Source: Azolla caroliniana
Lineage: Eukaryota; Plantae; Polypodiophyta
Direction of reading: 5' to 3'
NCBI GenBank assembly: GCA_043228905.1
Contig: JBHGNT010000009.1
Span: 20,584,001 to 20,648,000 of the forward strand
DNA length: 64,000 bases
How positions within the stretch are numbered: position 1 is the stretch's first letter; each line of letters starts with the position of its first letter. Positions 1-12,600 of this stretch are shown here, in pieces. The position numbers were made by a program, and so were the translations under genes. A model generated the notes under the pieces. That model saw only the letters and a program-made list of their open reading frames with translations, was not told the DNA's origin and did no database searches.

Positions 1-3000
1 AGCTTCTATGAGCTCAAGAATACAAACACTACTTGCTGATTTGGAAGCAGTTAAATCAGCTGAGATACAGGCAGAAAAGAAATTTTCTTCAATAAAAACT
101 ACATATGAATGGATTGCATCGACAATCCAAAATTCAGAAAGTGAGGTCTTGAAAGAGGAGTTGAAGAAAGAGCTAAACAATATGGGCACTCAATTAGGTT
201 CACAGATGAGAGACCTTGATACTTGCAGGAATGCACATGAAGAAATAGATAATAAGTTGTCAGCCTTAAAGTTGCATTCTGAGAACCTTGCATGCTTGAT
301 GCAGGATTTAAAACAAAATGGTTTTGATACTTTGTGTCCATCTGTAATTGAGCACCCAAGTGGTATAGAAAGTACCATTATTAGTATAGCTATATCACGG
401 TATTGGCTTTACAAGTTATTTATTTCTACTTCTTTGGTATAAATAAGTGAGCAACTAATATATTATAACTTGTGTTTGCAATCTTCCAGGTGTATATTTT
501 GTGGCCTTGGATTCAAGCTGGAGGCTATGGATGTTGTGATTACACCATGCTTGCACACATATCATGTGCTATGTGCTAAGTATCATTTTGAGAAAGAGAA
601 TACATGTATGGACTGTAAAACTACAATTGCGGCTGAGTGGTACTATGCTTGGGGTTTAAAAGTACACCCGTACGGTATGTGGCTCTACTATTCTATTGTT
701 TGTATTATATGATGTCAATTAACATTTGGACTAGAACTAGTGTATGCCACAATTCATACTTCAAATTTAGTGTAATCTCTAACAACTATTATGTGGAACC
801 CTAATTATGTGGGTTAGTATTGGCAGTACTCTTAATATATAATTGGTATGTGTAGTTGAAGGGATATTTTCCACAATTAGTAGTACTAAAAGGGAACCAG
901 GTACAACATCGTCCAATCTATATTGCAACTTGCCTAGTATTAGTTTAGTAAACACTATACTTATAGTACATTGTTGACTGTTAAGATTGTTTGTGTAACT
1001 TGGGAATTAGTACTAGTAATGTAATTTGGGAACAAGGTGTATAGTAAATTGTTGAATAATAGTACAATTATTGTAATTTGGAAATGAGGTGTGTCAAACA
1101 CATATCACGTTTAGTACTAATACTGTTCAAGATTAATACTGTTGGTGTAATTAGTACAAGTTATGTAACTAGGTGTGTAGAAGACATATCATGTTTAGTA
1201 TTACTTGTGTGCAAAATACCAATCTACATTTGTTGGATTAGTACTTAGTAAGTACTCCATGCTTCATGAATAGTACTAGTTCTGTACTTTGTGAACTAAG
1301 TTACTAGTACATTGCTCATGATTAATACTAGTTTTGTAATTTGGGAACTGAGTAGTACTTTGTTCCTTATTAGTACTAGTTTTGTACCTTATTAGTACTA
1401 GATCAGTAATCTAGAAAATAAGTGAGTAGTACGAAATGAGGATTAGTACTAATTGTGTAATTTGACTAAGTCAGTGGTACATTGTTGAGTAGTACATTGT
1501 TCAGGATTAGTACTAATTGTGTAATTTGACTAAGTCAGTGGTACAATGTTCGGGATTAGTACTCCTTGTGTAATTTGCTAACTAAGTGAGTAGTATATTG
1601 TGCATGATTAGTACTACTTGTGTAAATTGGGAACTAAGTGAGCATTACGTTGTTCGGGATTAGTACTCCTTGTGTAATTAGGTAACTAAGTGAGTAGTAT
1701 ATTGTGCATGATTAGTACTACTTGTGTAAATTGGGAACTAAGTGAGCAGTACATTGTTCGGGATTAGTACTCCTTGTGTAATTTGCTAACTAAGTGAGTA
1801 GTATATTGTGCATGATTAGTACTACTTGTGTAAATTGGGAACTAAGTGAGCATTACGTTGTTCGGCATTAGTACTCCTTGTGTAATTTGCTAACTAAGTA
1901 AGTAGTATATTGTGCATGATTAGTACTACTTGTGTAAATTGGGAACTAAGTGAGCATTACGTTGTTCGGGATTAGTACTAGTTCAGTGATTTAGGAAATA
2001 AGTGAGTAGTACATTGTTCAAGATTAGTACTACTTATTAATTTGACTTAGTCAGTGGTACATTTTTCGGGATTAGTACTTGTGTAATTTGGTAACTAAGT
2101 GAGTAGTATATTGTGCCTGATTAGTACTACTTGTGTATGTTGTGCATGATTAGTACTAATCGTGTAAATTGGGAACTAAGTGAGCAGTACAGTGTTCCTT
2201 ATTAGTACTAGTTCAATAATTTAGGAACTATGTGAGTAGTACATTGTTCATGACTGGTACATTGTGTAAAATGGGAAGCAGCTCTTGTGACCTACATTAT
2301 ATATTTTAGATGATGGTACTAACATTCAAGGTTTTTTTGTTTCTTGCAATGAATGTTGTAGTGTCAAGCAACTCCACGCCAGGGAAGGTAATGGAACAAC
2401 CAGCCCCTGTGCCTAAACCCTCAATATCTGCTGCACATTCCAAGGTTCAGGGACCATCATTACCAATAACCTATGATTTTTATGATGAGGATGAATGTAT
2501 GAGAAGGGCCATTGGAGCAGTGGAACATATGCTTCTACAAACAAATTCCCCAAGCTCCGGTCAACATCAAGAAATAGAGCCCACTAAGAAGAGAAATGCA
2601 GTTTCTTTACAAATAGAGCCCAGTAAGAAGAGAAATGCTGCAAGAATGTTGTATGGAAACGGCAAGAAAGGCAAAGTTGAATGCAATGGTGAGTCATATA
2701 AGTTCTCACCTGTCTGGAGCATTGTCAACCTAATCCATTGTCTAATACCATGTACTTGTGTAACTAGCTGATGATGAAATGATATTTGGTGACGGAGATA
2801 CGAGTCCAAAACCTGATCATGAAGACGAATTTATCACACTCCCAGGTACACGTCAAAAGCCAGACTTTGAAAACAATGATTTAGCTCATAACAACCCTAT
2901 TCTTGTTGTTATTATAGATCATAACAACACTGTTGAGCACCTAGATGTTGTGGAGAAGATGACCGAGCCCACCACTTGCAATGGGGTATCTACGGCTGTA

Positions 3001-4142
3001 CAGTATGACGATGTAACATTAGGTAAAAATGTGGCCCTAAACCCTATGTTCATTGTTTGCAAACTTTTGAGTATGTGAGTTCATACCAATATTCTTTGGA
3101 ATCCCACTAATTAGGTTTACAAGAGCAGTCTGATTCCCAACTGCAATCAAATGAATCGGGAACTTCATGGAGCACAAGTGCAGAATCAGATTCCCATCGG
3201 AGTCAGAATCAAATTAACCTTTGCAAGGAGGCAGACTCTAGAAGCACATCTTCCACACATGAGGATTGTGAGAAAAACGAAGCATTCATATGTGAAGAGC
3301 AGCTGGCATGTACAAACAACACTATGTCTAAAGAAGCCTATGAGTGTGGAAAGAATATGGCAAGTACTGAAGAGAAGATTGAAGCCCATGAAGAGTGTGG
3401 AAAGAATATGGCAAGTACTGAAGAGAAGACTGATTGTACTGATAATGTGGCAAGTGCTGAAGAGAAGACTGATTGTACTGATAATGTGCTAGTACTATCT
3501 AAAGATTCCCATGAGGATCATGGAAAGAACATTGCTAGCAATGAAGAGGAGCTTGATTGTACTGAGAATGTGCTAGTAGTGTCTTGTGAAGCCCATGAGG
3601 ATCGTGGAAAGAACATCGCTTTCCCTGAAGATAAGCCTGTTTGTACAGAATCCCATGAGGAGTGTAGAGTGAACAACGTTACTAATGAAGGTGGGCCTGA
3701 TTGTACTCAGAGCGAACAACGTTGTCTTAAGAATGAGGTGACATCCATCGTACAAGAGGAGTTGACCATGACTACTGCCACGGTCCACATACAGGAGTCT
3801 AATAAGAACGAGTGTATAGGCATCGGTGATGATGATAGGGCAATAAAGATTGCTAGGAGTACAAGCATTCAGGAGATGAGTGATAATTTGTCTATCGACA
3901 GCACCTTTGTGGATTTGTGTACAAGCATTGCAGTTGCAGAAAACATAGTTGCTCTCTCAAGCTTGCCACCAGTACAAGGTGCCCGCGCATCCACGCCTGT
4001 CTCTGATGCCTCTGATGATGAAGTGCCACTTAGTCAGCTCATACCTAAAGGCTTTAAGATAAAGAAGAATGTAAAATCAGAAAAATCTGGCACCAACAAC
4101 AAGCGCATTACAAGATCGGCCAAGTTACCCTCTAGTGCCTGA
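1..4142 (+). CDS. 5'-truncated spliced gene: coiled coil + RING-H2 finger + acidic low-complexity tail. Exons <1-399, 490-674, 2362-2688, 2768-3022, 3115-4142
   Basis: All four GT-AG introns join the ORF fragments in frame without stops. RING-H2 pattern: CIFC...CLHTYHVLC...CMDC. The last exon carries repeats of the type HEECGKNMASTEEK. Confidence 0.75.
960..2270. repeat. Intronic tandem array, ~52-bp monomer arranged as a 104-bp dimer, AGTACT-rich
   Basis: CGG(G/C)ATTAGTACT recurs at 1551, 1655, 1759, 1863 and 1967 (period 104). Copies degenerate toward both edges. Lies in intron 675-2361. Confidence 0.9.
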
Positions 4143-4271
4143 TTGTCTTTCGATTGTACTTGAACTTTAGTTGTTAGTGATGTCTGAAATTGAACTATTT
4201 GGATACCAAAATACTGTTTCAATTGCCAATGTAAAAAATCCAGTTCATGAATCTGAAATAGTTATACCAGT

Positions 4272-5110
4272 GTGAAATCAAGTTCATGTTTAAGGATTGC
4301 TTCTATATTTTGCTCATCAACATATATCAAAAACAATGGGAATATACTTTTTGATCTAAGTATTCTTATTTTACAACGTTTTGTTTCTTTTTTGAGATCA
4401 TCTCCTAATCCTCGCAAAGTCTTTCAGTCTATTGTAGATAAAATGCTTGAAAGTCTTCTTAGCTTGCTAGGAAAATTTAGGTTTTTAGGTGTTGATGATG
4501 AGAAACAGAAAATATCGAGTATCGGGTGTTATTGAAGATATCCTGAAGTATAGACTGTTTCATCAATCCCATTTGGACGGTAACCAGAATGTGTGCAAAT
4601 TGTTGAAGCAATGTGGGCCATATTTTGATGATATCATCCCAAAGGATGAATCATCCACTAACAGTAGTAAGGAAACACATACCTTTTTGAGCTATCACAA
4701 ATTATTGTTTCAGAAGTTGGATTATTTTGTTAAGGAAAGGAAGGTTTGTACTTTAAAATCCATAGCTGGATATTCAGGACTTATATACAATAAGTAAAAA
4801 CTCAGATGGCTTCACAGGACATATCATGAAACAAAAAAGGATTCTGAGAGAATAATTTTCATTGTTGTCTTCACAGAATTCATCGCCCCCTTTGAAAAAT
4901 GAACTTACAGTAGAAAATCTTACAATATTAAAGTCTTTAATGAATTCAACTAACAATCTTCTCTTCGTAGCAAAAGAAGAGCAGATTTATGTGGCAACAG
5001 AGGACACACCAACTCTGCAAAACTCCTATGCTCAAATAACATCAGGAAACATGAGCAATATCGGCAATGAAGAAATCCAAGTCCTGTTGATAACAACTAA
5101 TATATTATGA
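4272..5110 (+). pseudogene. Frameshifted fragment resembling plant Urb2/Npa2 (ribosome biogenesis factor)
   Basis: Three successive frames give collinear motifs: FLRSSPNPRKVFQSIVDKMLESLLSLL, IEDILKYRLFHQSHLDG, SYHKLLFQKLD and NSTNNLLFVAKEEQIYVATEDT. These match my recollection of plant Urb2 (FVDKLLEPLL, GLFHPxHIDG, SYHRHLFDKLE, SINNLL...EKVYVRTEDT). Confidence 0.6.
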
Positions 5111-5255
5111 AAGATAAGTACAAGTGGTTGAGAGGCATAAACCCTTTGGAAGAAAGACGAAATATATCAATTCATTTGTCAATCATCAAAATTAATAGTG
5201 AACTCCAAGTGGATGTTTTTCAGTTTTCTAGTACAATGTATTGATAGGGTGACTT

Positions 5256-8200
5256 TCAAGCATTAAATAGAGAGACCTCCCCTAATATGTGCTCATGAAC
5301 CTCTTGGGGGACCTTGTAGACAGTGTTGTATCCCTTAACCTTGTGCTTTGCTTGAGTCATATTGAATTTGATCGCAAGAATGGCATCAGCGTAGATTATT
5401 GCGATGGGTGCTTCTTTTAGTAATGCATATGTGTTCTTGCACTGCGGCAACTTTGCATAATAGTTTCCATACACGACAGAGTCACCAACGTTGAAATTGT
5501 TGCCCCAACCATCCCTCACCACTTCTTTCAATAATGTCTTTCCTTGCTTGCACACCACAATGTAGTAGTCTTCTAAATCTTCATTCTGAGAATATTTGAG
5601 CACTGCAAAATGATCTCCAACTTCCAATAAAACTGCCAAGTCTTGATTTTGGTTGTAGTATACAATATCGTTTGAATGCACATCCTCTTCAATATCATCT
5701 TGTAGTTCAGGCTCAAGCTTCTGCAGCTTCCAGGGCTCCACGATTGATAGGTTGATGCATTTATCCCAAGCTTCATCTAGACACATGGAACAAAAGCATG
5801 ATAAACTACGGAGTAACAATTGGGTTGTGTCCTTGCGGCTAAACCCTAACACACAATGGGTGCTGCGTGTCCCTTTCACGGTTTTACAACCATATGATTT
5901 AGTTCTATCGACCTCATCAGCGCGAACTTCAACAAACAATCTGTTCTTACCATCATTTGACATCTTCCATGTTAGCCACTGCACAACATCATGTGCATTT
6001 TGTAACTTAGCGCCATTATTATCCAACTGCTCACTTGTAAGGGCACGTTTGATCACAGCCCCCGCGCCATCATGCTCTCCTTTTCCATGTCCAGACCCGA
6101 AGTAATTCCATTGCATACGAATATTGAATAAGGAGAAATACCTGCTTTGGTGAGTACAAGATGAGTACAATACTATGAGTACAACATGAGTAAATACTGA
6201 TTTAGTACAATTCTCTTAAGGACGGACAATACTATGAGTACAAGATGAGTACTTTATATCCTCCTGTAAACACAACATAGTACAGATACAACACACAACA
6301 TAGTACAATGTGTCTATGGAGAACCCTTCACATGGATTAAAACATAATTAGTACAATTCTCTTAAGGACGGACAATACTATAAGTACAAGATGAGTACTT
6401 TACATCCTTTTGTAAACACAACATAGTACAAAACCAACACACAACATAGTACAATGTGTCTATGGAGAACCCTTCACATGGATTAATCGATACTTAGTAC
6501 AATTCTCTTAAGGACGGACAATACTATGAGTACAAGATGAGTACTTTACATCCTCCTGTAAACACAACATAGTACAAAACCAACACACAACATAGTACAA
6601 TGTGTCTATGGAGAACCCTTCACATGGATTAATCGATACTTAGTACAATTCTCTTAAGGACGGACAATACTATGAGTACAAGATGAGTACTTTACATCCT
6701 CCTGTAAACACAACATAGTACAGATAGGACACACAACAAAGTACAATGTGTCTATGGAGAACCCTTCACATGGATTAAAACATAATTAGTACAATTCTCT
6801 TAAGGACGGACAATACTATGAGTACAAGATGAGTACTTTACATCCTCCTGTAAACACAACATAGTACAGATAGGACACACAACAAAGTACAATGTGTCTA
6901 TGGATAACCCTTCACATGGATTAAAACATAATTAGTACAATTCTCTTAAGGACGGACAATACTATAAGTACAAGATGAGTACTTTACATCCTTTTGTAAA
7001 CACAACATAGTACAAAACCAACACACAACATAGTACAATGTGTCTATGGAGAACCCTTCACATGGATTAATCGATACTTAGTACAATTCTCTTAAGGACG
7101 GACAATACTATGAGTACAAGATGAGTACTTTACATCCTCCTGTAAACACAACATAGTACAGATAGGACACACAACAAAGTACAATGTGTCTATGGAGAAC
7201 CCTTCACATGGATTAAAACATAATTAGTACAATTCTCTTAAGGACGGACAATACTATGAGTACAAGATGAGTACTTTACATCCTCCTGTAAACACAACAT
7301 AGTACAGATAGGACACACAACAAAGTACAATGTGTCTATGGAGAACCCTTCACATGGATTAAAACATAATTAGTACAATTCTCTTAAGGACGAACAATAC
7401 TATAAGTACAAGATGAGTACTTTACATCCTTTTGTAAACACAACATAGTACAGAACCAACACACAACATAGTACAATGTGTCTATGGAGAACACTTCACA
7501 TGGATTAAAAGTTACTTAGTACAACATAATACAAACAAAATTAGTATGCATGCATCCATTCACAAGTGCAAGATTCGAATAGTTAGAAACATAATTAGTA
7601 TGCATCGATGTGACTAGTACTGTTTGTTAATAGTTACAAACATAATTAGTATGCATCCACTAACACAAGATTTACTTCCTTACACATTGCATGATAAGTA
7701 TTAAACATATGGATTAAAAATTACCTGGCGATAAAGTAGAACGATCGTGCCGCCTTAAACTGCGAGGCAGCACCATCAGACCAAACCCAATGACGGTTAA
7801 AGGTTAACCCTAGAGAAAATAAATCTGCATGGTGAAGCTTAAAACAATGTTGAACAAATAGTGTATCATGCTTTTTATCATCTGAAATGTAAAATATTGA
7901 TTTCTTATGTAACTCACCGTCTTGCCTCCAATAGCAAATATGTACAAGTATTGTACATTGATCATTGTACCAATGCATTGATTGAACCTCATTTTGAACT
8001 TTAAATGTATAGTTTTCTGCAAAATCAATAACGGATACAATGACACCCGTTGGTAAGTTATTAATACATTCCTTGAACTGTGAATTTTGCCAATAACTCC
8101 GGAAGTTATGTGGAATAAACTCCCCAAGTTGTTTCTTAAATTCTGAGACAAGGGTAGCAGCACATGTCTCCTTATATACTTCCTTGATACGCTTAGTTAC

Positions 8201-9372
8201 AACTCCCTTGCCAATATTTTCAGTCACATACTCCAAATATTTCCATTTCACGATATGACTATTTCCCATATCAAGCTCCTGCCTACAAAATAATGGTAGC
8301 GGACAAACCTTACATGTTCTTAATAGACATGTACGACGATGCCACTCACACGATGGTTCTTTTTCACAAACACAAGACCTCCATAGCTCAGAAACGGATG
8401 CATAAGTCATGTTTCGTGCATTACACCTATTATCCTCCCCATTTGGTCTACAAATCTCACAAGTGCAGACACATAATTCCCCATGTATACCCTTAGAATC
8501 AGTACGCATTGCATTCACAGAAACCCTTAACATGTCCATCTTCACATGGTACACACAACAACATGTATTCCTCTCATTTAATTTTCTAACATAAAATGGT
8601 TTCAAACCTTGAAACTTGCGGAATCCGACAGTCAAGCTTGGATGTTGGTCTTTAAAGTTCATGTACAATTCAGCCTACATCAACCAATATATATAGCAAA
8701 CATTAATATACACTTGGTCAAAACAGAAAGTTATGGAATGTGAATTGATATAAAAAAATGGAATACCTCTGTCATCTCCAAGAAGTGTCTAGGGTGAATC
8801 TGGTACATACCCTGACTTATTCGTTGTCTACACACGTCCTTCTTATTTGGTGAGACACGCGTATTTTTGGCCCAAAATGAATCCACTTTCTCAATAATCT
8901 CTTGAGATAAGGCATCACATCGTCGTCTACGTCCCGACCCCAGCCACTTGAATTTGCTTGAGTGTATATTTCGGCGATGTTTCCTCAAGTTCCTTCTTTG
9001 AATACCCAGGGCTAAGGCAACTTTAGTATCACTATATTTTTTTTCTCTCACACCATTCACAACCATGTGTAGGGCTGCCCTCTTTGCAGCAAGTTTGTCT
9101 AAGCTCTCTACACCTTTCACTAAGTCTAGGGATGACTTCATAGACTCCACAATCTCTTCTGAAACACATTGGTCCCTAAATTTTATTCTCTCCATGTCTT
9201 CATTCAAACTTTGATGGTGTAACACTCTACAAATAATATCCCTACGATCCTCTTCACTAAATCTCTTCGTTATTTCTACCAAATAACGAACTATGTGAAG
9301 AACCACTCGTCTCTTAGTCCTTTCAGATATGCATGAGTTACTTGACAACTCACTCTCGTTAGGAACCCCCAT
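5256..9372 (-). CDS. DDD transposase, Sola2-like, ~813 aa. Exons 9372-8767, 8674-7725, 6141-5256
   Basis: Both GT-AG introns keep the frame (LEMTE|AELYM; FIA-R-YFS). Acidic triad in IDFAENY, WSDGAASQFK and GHGKGEHDGAG. Cys/His clusters CCCVYH, CVCTCEIC and SCFCSMC. No internal stops. The start codon is uncertain. Confidence 0.8.
6202..7525. repeat. 9 x 146-bp tandem array inside transposase intron 2
   Basis: TTCTCTTAAGG at 6211, 6357, 6503, 6649, 6795, 6941, 7087, 7233 and 7379. Units are near-identical with a few recurring variants. Confidence 0.95.
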
Positions 9373-9426
9373 TCGGTCACTAGATTTATCCACAAAAATT
9401 AAGTGTCTTGCGAAAGTAGTTAATGT

Positions 9427-10279
9427 TATATAGACTCAACCAAGAAAACACAATCAAATGTTTTTAAATGTGGCCTGCAAAGTGAGAAATATTTTGTTTC
9501 AAACATTAGAATTACATATCAAATATGGCAAATGTCAATTCTAAAAATTTAGTACTGAAATATGAAGAAATGAAACATTTTAGTACTGAAAATGAAAAAA
9601 ATGGATGGAAGGAACCTCCAATGGTGGAGGGAGCGTGGATATATAGACTCAACCAAGAAAACACAATTAAATGTTTTTAAATGTGGCCTGCAAAGTGAGA
9701 AATATTTTGTTTCAAACATTAGAATTACATATCAAATATGGCAAATGTCAATTCTAAAAATTTAGTACTGAAATATGAAGAAATGAAACATTTTAGTACT
9801 GAAAATGAAAAAAATGGATGGAAGGAACCTCCAATGGTGGAGGGAGCGTGGATATATAGACTCAACCAAGAAAACACAATCAAATGTTTTTAAATGTGGC
9901 CTGCAAAGTGAGAAATATTTTGTTTCAAACATTAGAATTACATATCAAATATGGCAAATGTCAATTCTAAAAATTTAGTACTGAAATATGAAGAAATGAA
10001 ACATTTTAGTACTGAAAATGAAAAAAATGGATGGAAGGAACCTCCAATGGTGGAGGGAGCGTGGATATATAGACTCAACCAAGAAAACACAATCAAATGT
10101 TTTTAAATGTGGCCAAAAAGTGAGAAATATTTTGTTTCAAACATTAGAATTACATATCAAATATGGCAAATGTCAATTCTAAAAATTTAGTACTGAAATA
10201 TGAAGAAATGAAACATTTTAGTACTGAAAATAAAAAAAAGGATGGAAGGAACCTCCAATGGTGGAGGGAGCGTTGGATA
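9427..10279. repeat. ~4 x 213-bp tandem array upstream of the transposase ATG
   Basis: TAGACTCAACC at 9431, 9644, 9857 and 10070. Each unit has two TAGTACTGAAA motifs. Confidence 0.95.
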
Positions 10280-10437
10280 TGCCGCCTCGATTTGGTGGAA
10301 GGAACCTCCAATGGTGGAGGGAGCGTGGATATGCAGCCTCGATTTGGTGGAAGGAACCTCCAATGGTGGAGGGAGCGTTGGATATGCCGCCTCGATTTGG
10401 TGGAAGGAACCTCCAATGCCGCCTCGATTTGGTGGAA
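10243..10437. repeat. ~3.5 x 52-53-bp GC-richer tandem repeat overlapping the end of the 213-bp unit
   Basis: GGAAGGAACCTCCAATG at 10244, 10297, 10349 and 10402. Confidence 0.9.
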
Positions 10438-10941
10438 AAAGCCCCAAATCACCACGACATCAACTGCAATCGGTGGAAGTACGAAAGTCGTTGTCAAAGA
10501 AGTGACTATTGGCTGCTACCTAAACCCTCAGAACAGTCTCTGTACCTCAACCGAAACCTAACAAAAACAGAAACCCTAAAAAAATCAGAAATCCTCAACT
10601 CAAACTCTCCAACCAGACATGGATGTCTGAGATATAGATTGAAGGAAAATCAGAAACGTGACATGGATGTCTGTGATGAAAAGCTCAGAGAGATAGAGGA
10701 AGAACAGTATGAGGGGAATCGCCAAAACGACGTGAGGGGAAAATAGCCCCCAAAATGGAAGAACATCTCCTCACGTGTTCCCCCCACTCCTTCTACAGTA
10801 AATGACACTTGTACTACAGTCACCCCACTCTCCAAAATCGATTTTCTTTTTCTCTAATTTTTTTTCTGAATTATTCAGTACTAACAGTATTGAAAGTACT
10901 GACAATTTTTGTGGCCAAAAACAGTACTTTTTTGGTACCCC

Positions 10942-11375
10942 GTAGCGTGCTTCGACCCGGGGTTTTCCCCGGGTGTCCGGACTATCGCGGCCCCACGCCT
11001 TGATAGCCCTCTCTAAAAATTCCCTCGGTTGTCGCCGCCGAGGGTCTCGTGGTTTCGCTTGTGGTTGGGTCGCACTGTCATGAATTGGACGGAATGCCGA
11101 CCGTCTTGGCTCTTGACACACGCGTATGCCAAATCGTCGTCTCCATGCGCGCTGTTGTAATGTACGGTTCGCCGAGAATTACGAGGTGCGAGGAAGTCTC
11201 CTGCACGAAGAAATGTTGATCTATCTCGACATCGCCGATCTTCACACGTACGTTAGGGCACGCACCATGCAACTCCTTTGTAGCGCGCGTCGCCGCGCGT
11301 ATCTTCCACCCGTGCTTGGTGTTGATTGGCCATTTCCCCTTCTCGTAGAAGTCCATGGATATCAGGTTTATTTCC
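10942..11375 (-). mobile_element. Inverted fragment of a Ty3/Gypsy protease region and gag/pol junction, related to 13845-14275
   Basis: Minus translation EINLISMDFYEKGKWPINTKHGWKIRAA...ILGEPY matches the ORF at 12952-14220, with substitutions and small deletions. Confidence 0.9.
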
Positions 11376-12600
11376 CCTTCTTGTGGGAAAATAAAGGTGA
11401 AGGCTATAGATTTAGGAAGAGGATGGGAGGGGTAGGGTAAGAAAAAGTAGAACATGGGTGAGGGTAGAAATATAAAAATAGAAAGGTGGAGAAAGAGGAA
11501 AATGAAAACGAAGGGACTTACAAAGAGGAGGCTAAGGGTTTAGAAAAAAGGAAGAGGAGGGGTAAGGTAAGCAAAAAAAAGGCGAGAGATCAATGAGGGT
11601 AGAAGACTAAAAAAGGAATATGAAAATGAAAGGGTATATTGTCATAAGAGAAACGTAAAGAGAGAGAGAGAGAGAGAAAAGAGGATAAAAAGTAAGAAAG
11701 CTAAAGGAAAAGAGCGAGAGGTAGGAGTTAGAGAAGAGAGAAAGGGTATATCGACTCGCACTCTTCACAAAGTCGTAAGGCAAACCCTAAATAAAGCTAC
11801 TAAAAAGAAAGGTTAAGGGGAGAGGTAATGTTTAAAATATATAGAAATCGAGGAGAGGGGCAACGGGTGAATATAATCTAAAGATTAGGTTTAATAAAAG
11901 TGTAGGAGAGAGGTATAAATGAAACTAGGAGGAAATAGGGGTATGAGTGAAACTAGGAGGTAGGGGTATGGAAAAATTAGTAAAAGGGGAGGGGTATCCA
12001 ATATTTTGAGGAGAGGAAGGGTAGGAAAAATGTAAGTAATAAAGGGAGGGGTATAATGAAATTGAGAAAAGTAGGTGGAGGGGTAGAATGAATTTTAGGA
12101 GAAAGGAAGGGGGAGGGGTATCCAATATTTTGAGGAGAGGAAGGGTAGGAATTAAAAATGTCAAAGTATTAGAGGGAGGGGTATAATGAAATTGAGAAAA
12201 GTAGATGGAGGGGTAGAATAAATTTAGGAGAAAAGAAGGGGAGGGGTATCCAATATTTTGAGGAGAGGAAGGGTAGGAATTAAAAATGTCAAAATAATAG
12301 AGGGAGGGGTATAATGAAATTGAGAAAAGTATATGGAGGGGTAGAGTGTGATTTCGAATGAAAGGGGGAAGGGTAGAGTATACGAATAGAGGTGAGAGAG
12401 GGTAGAGTAAAATATAGGAAAAGAAAATGGGAAGGGTAGAGATAGAGAAAGAGTAACAAAAATTAAAAGAGAAAGAAGAGAGAAATGGGGGGTTTTGAGT
12501 GAAAACATGAAAAGGGAGAGGGGTAGAGTGACAATTAGTTAAACAGACGAGGGGCATTTTTACAATTTTGTAGAAATCAAGGAGAAGAGGGGGAGTGATA
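11376..12600. repeat. Purine-rich (G/A) low-complexity tract with three 124-128-bp tandem units
   Basis: C is scarce on the + strand. GGGGTATCCAATATTTTGAGGAGAGGAAGGGTAGGA occurs near 11991, 12115 and 12243. Confidence 0.8.

Larger units (their letters stand above)
1..10941 (-). mobile_element. Large DNA transposon, Sola2-like; left end lies outside the window
   Basis: Encodes a DDD transposase (5256-9372). AT-rich, AGTACT-rich sequence stops abruptly at ...TTTTGGTACCCC (10941) against GC-rich Gypsy sequence. The minus-strand terminus reads GGGGTACCAAAAAAGTACTG, which fits the 5'-GRG terminus I recall for Sola2. The second TIR and the TSD are not visible. Confidence 0.65.

Noticed and set aside
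6202-7525. CRISPR-like appearance of the regular arrays
   Set aside because: Whole units repeat with no unique spacers, there are no cas genes, and the context is a eukaryotic intron.
10150-10746. Several overlapping short ORFs
   Set aside because: They are translations of the 52-53-bp tandem repeat in different frames.
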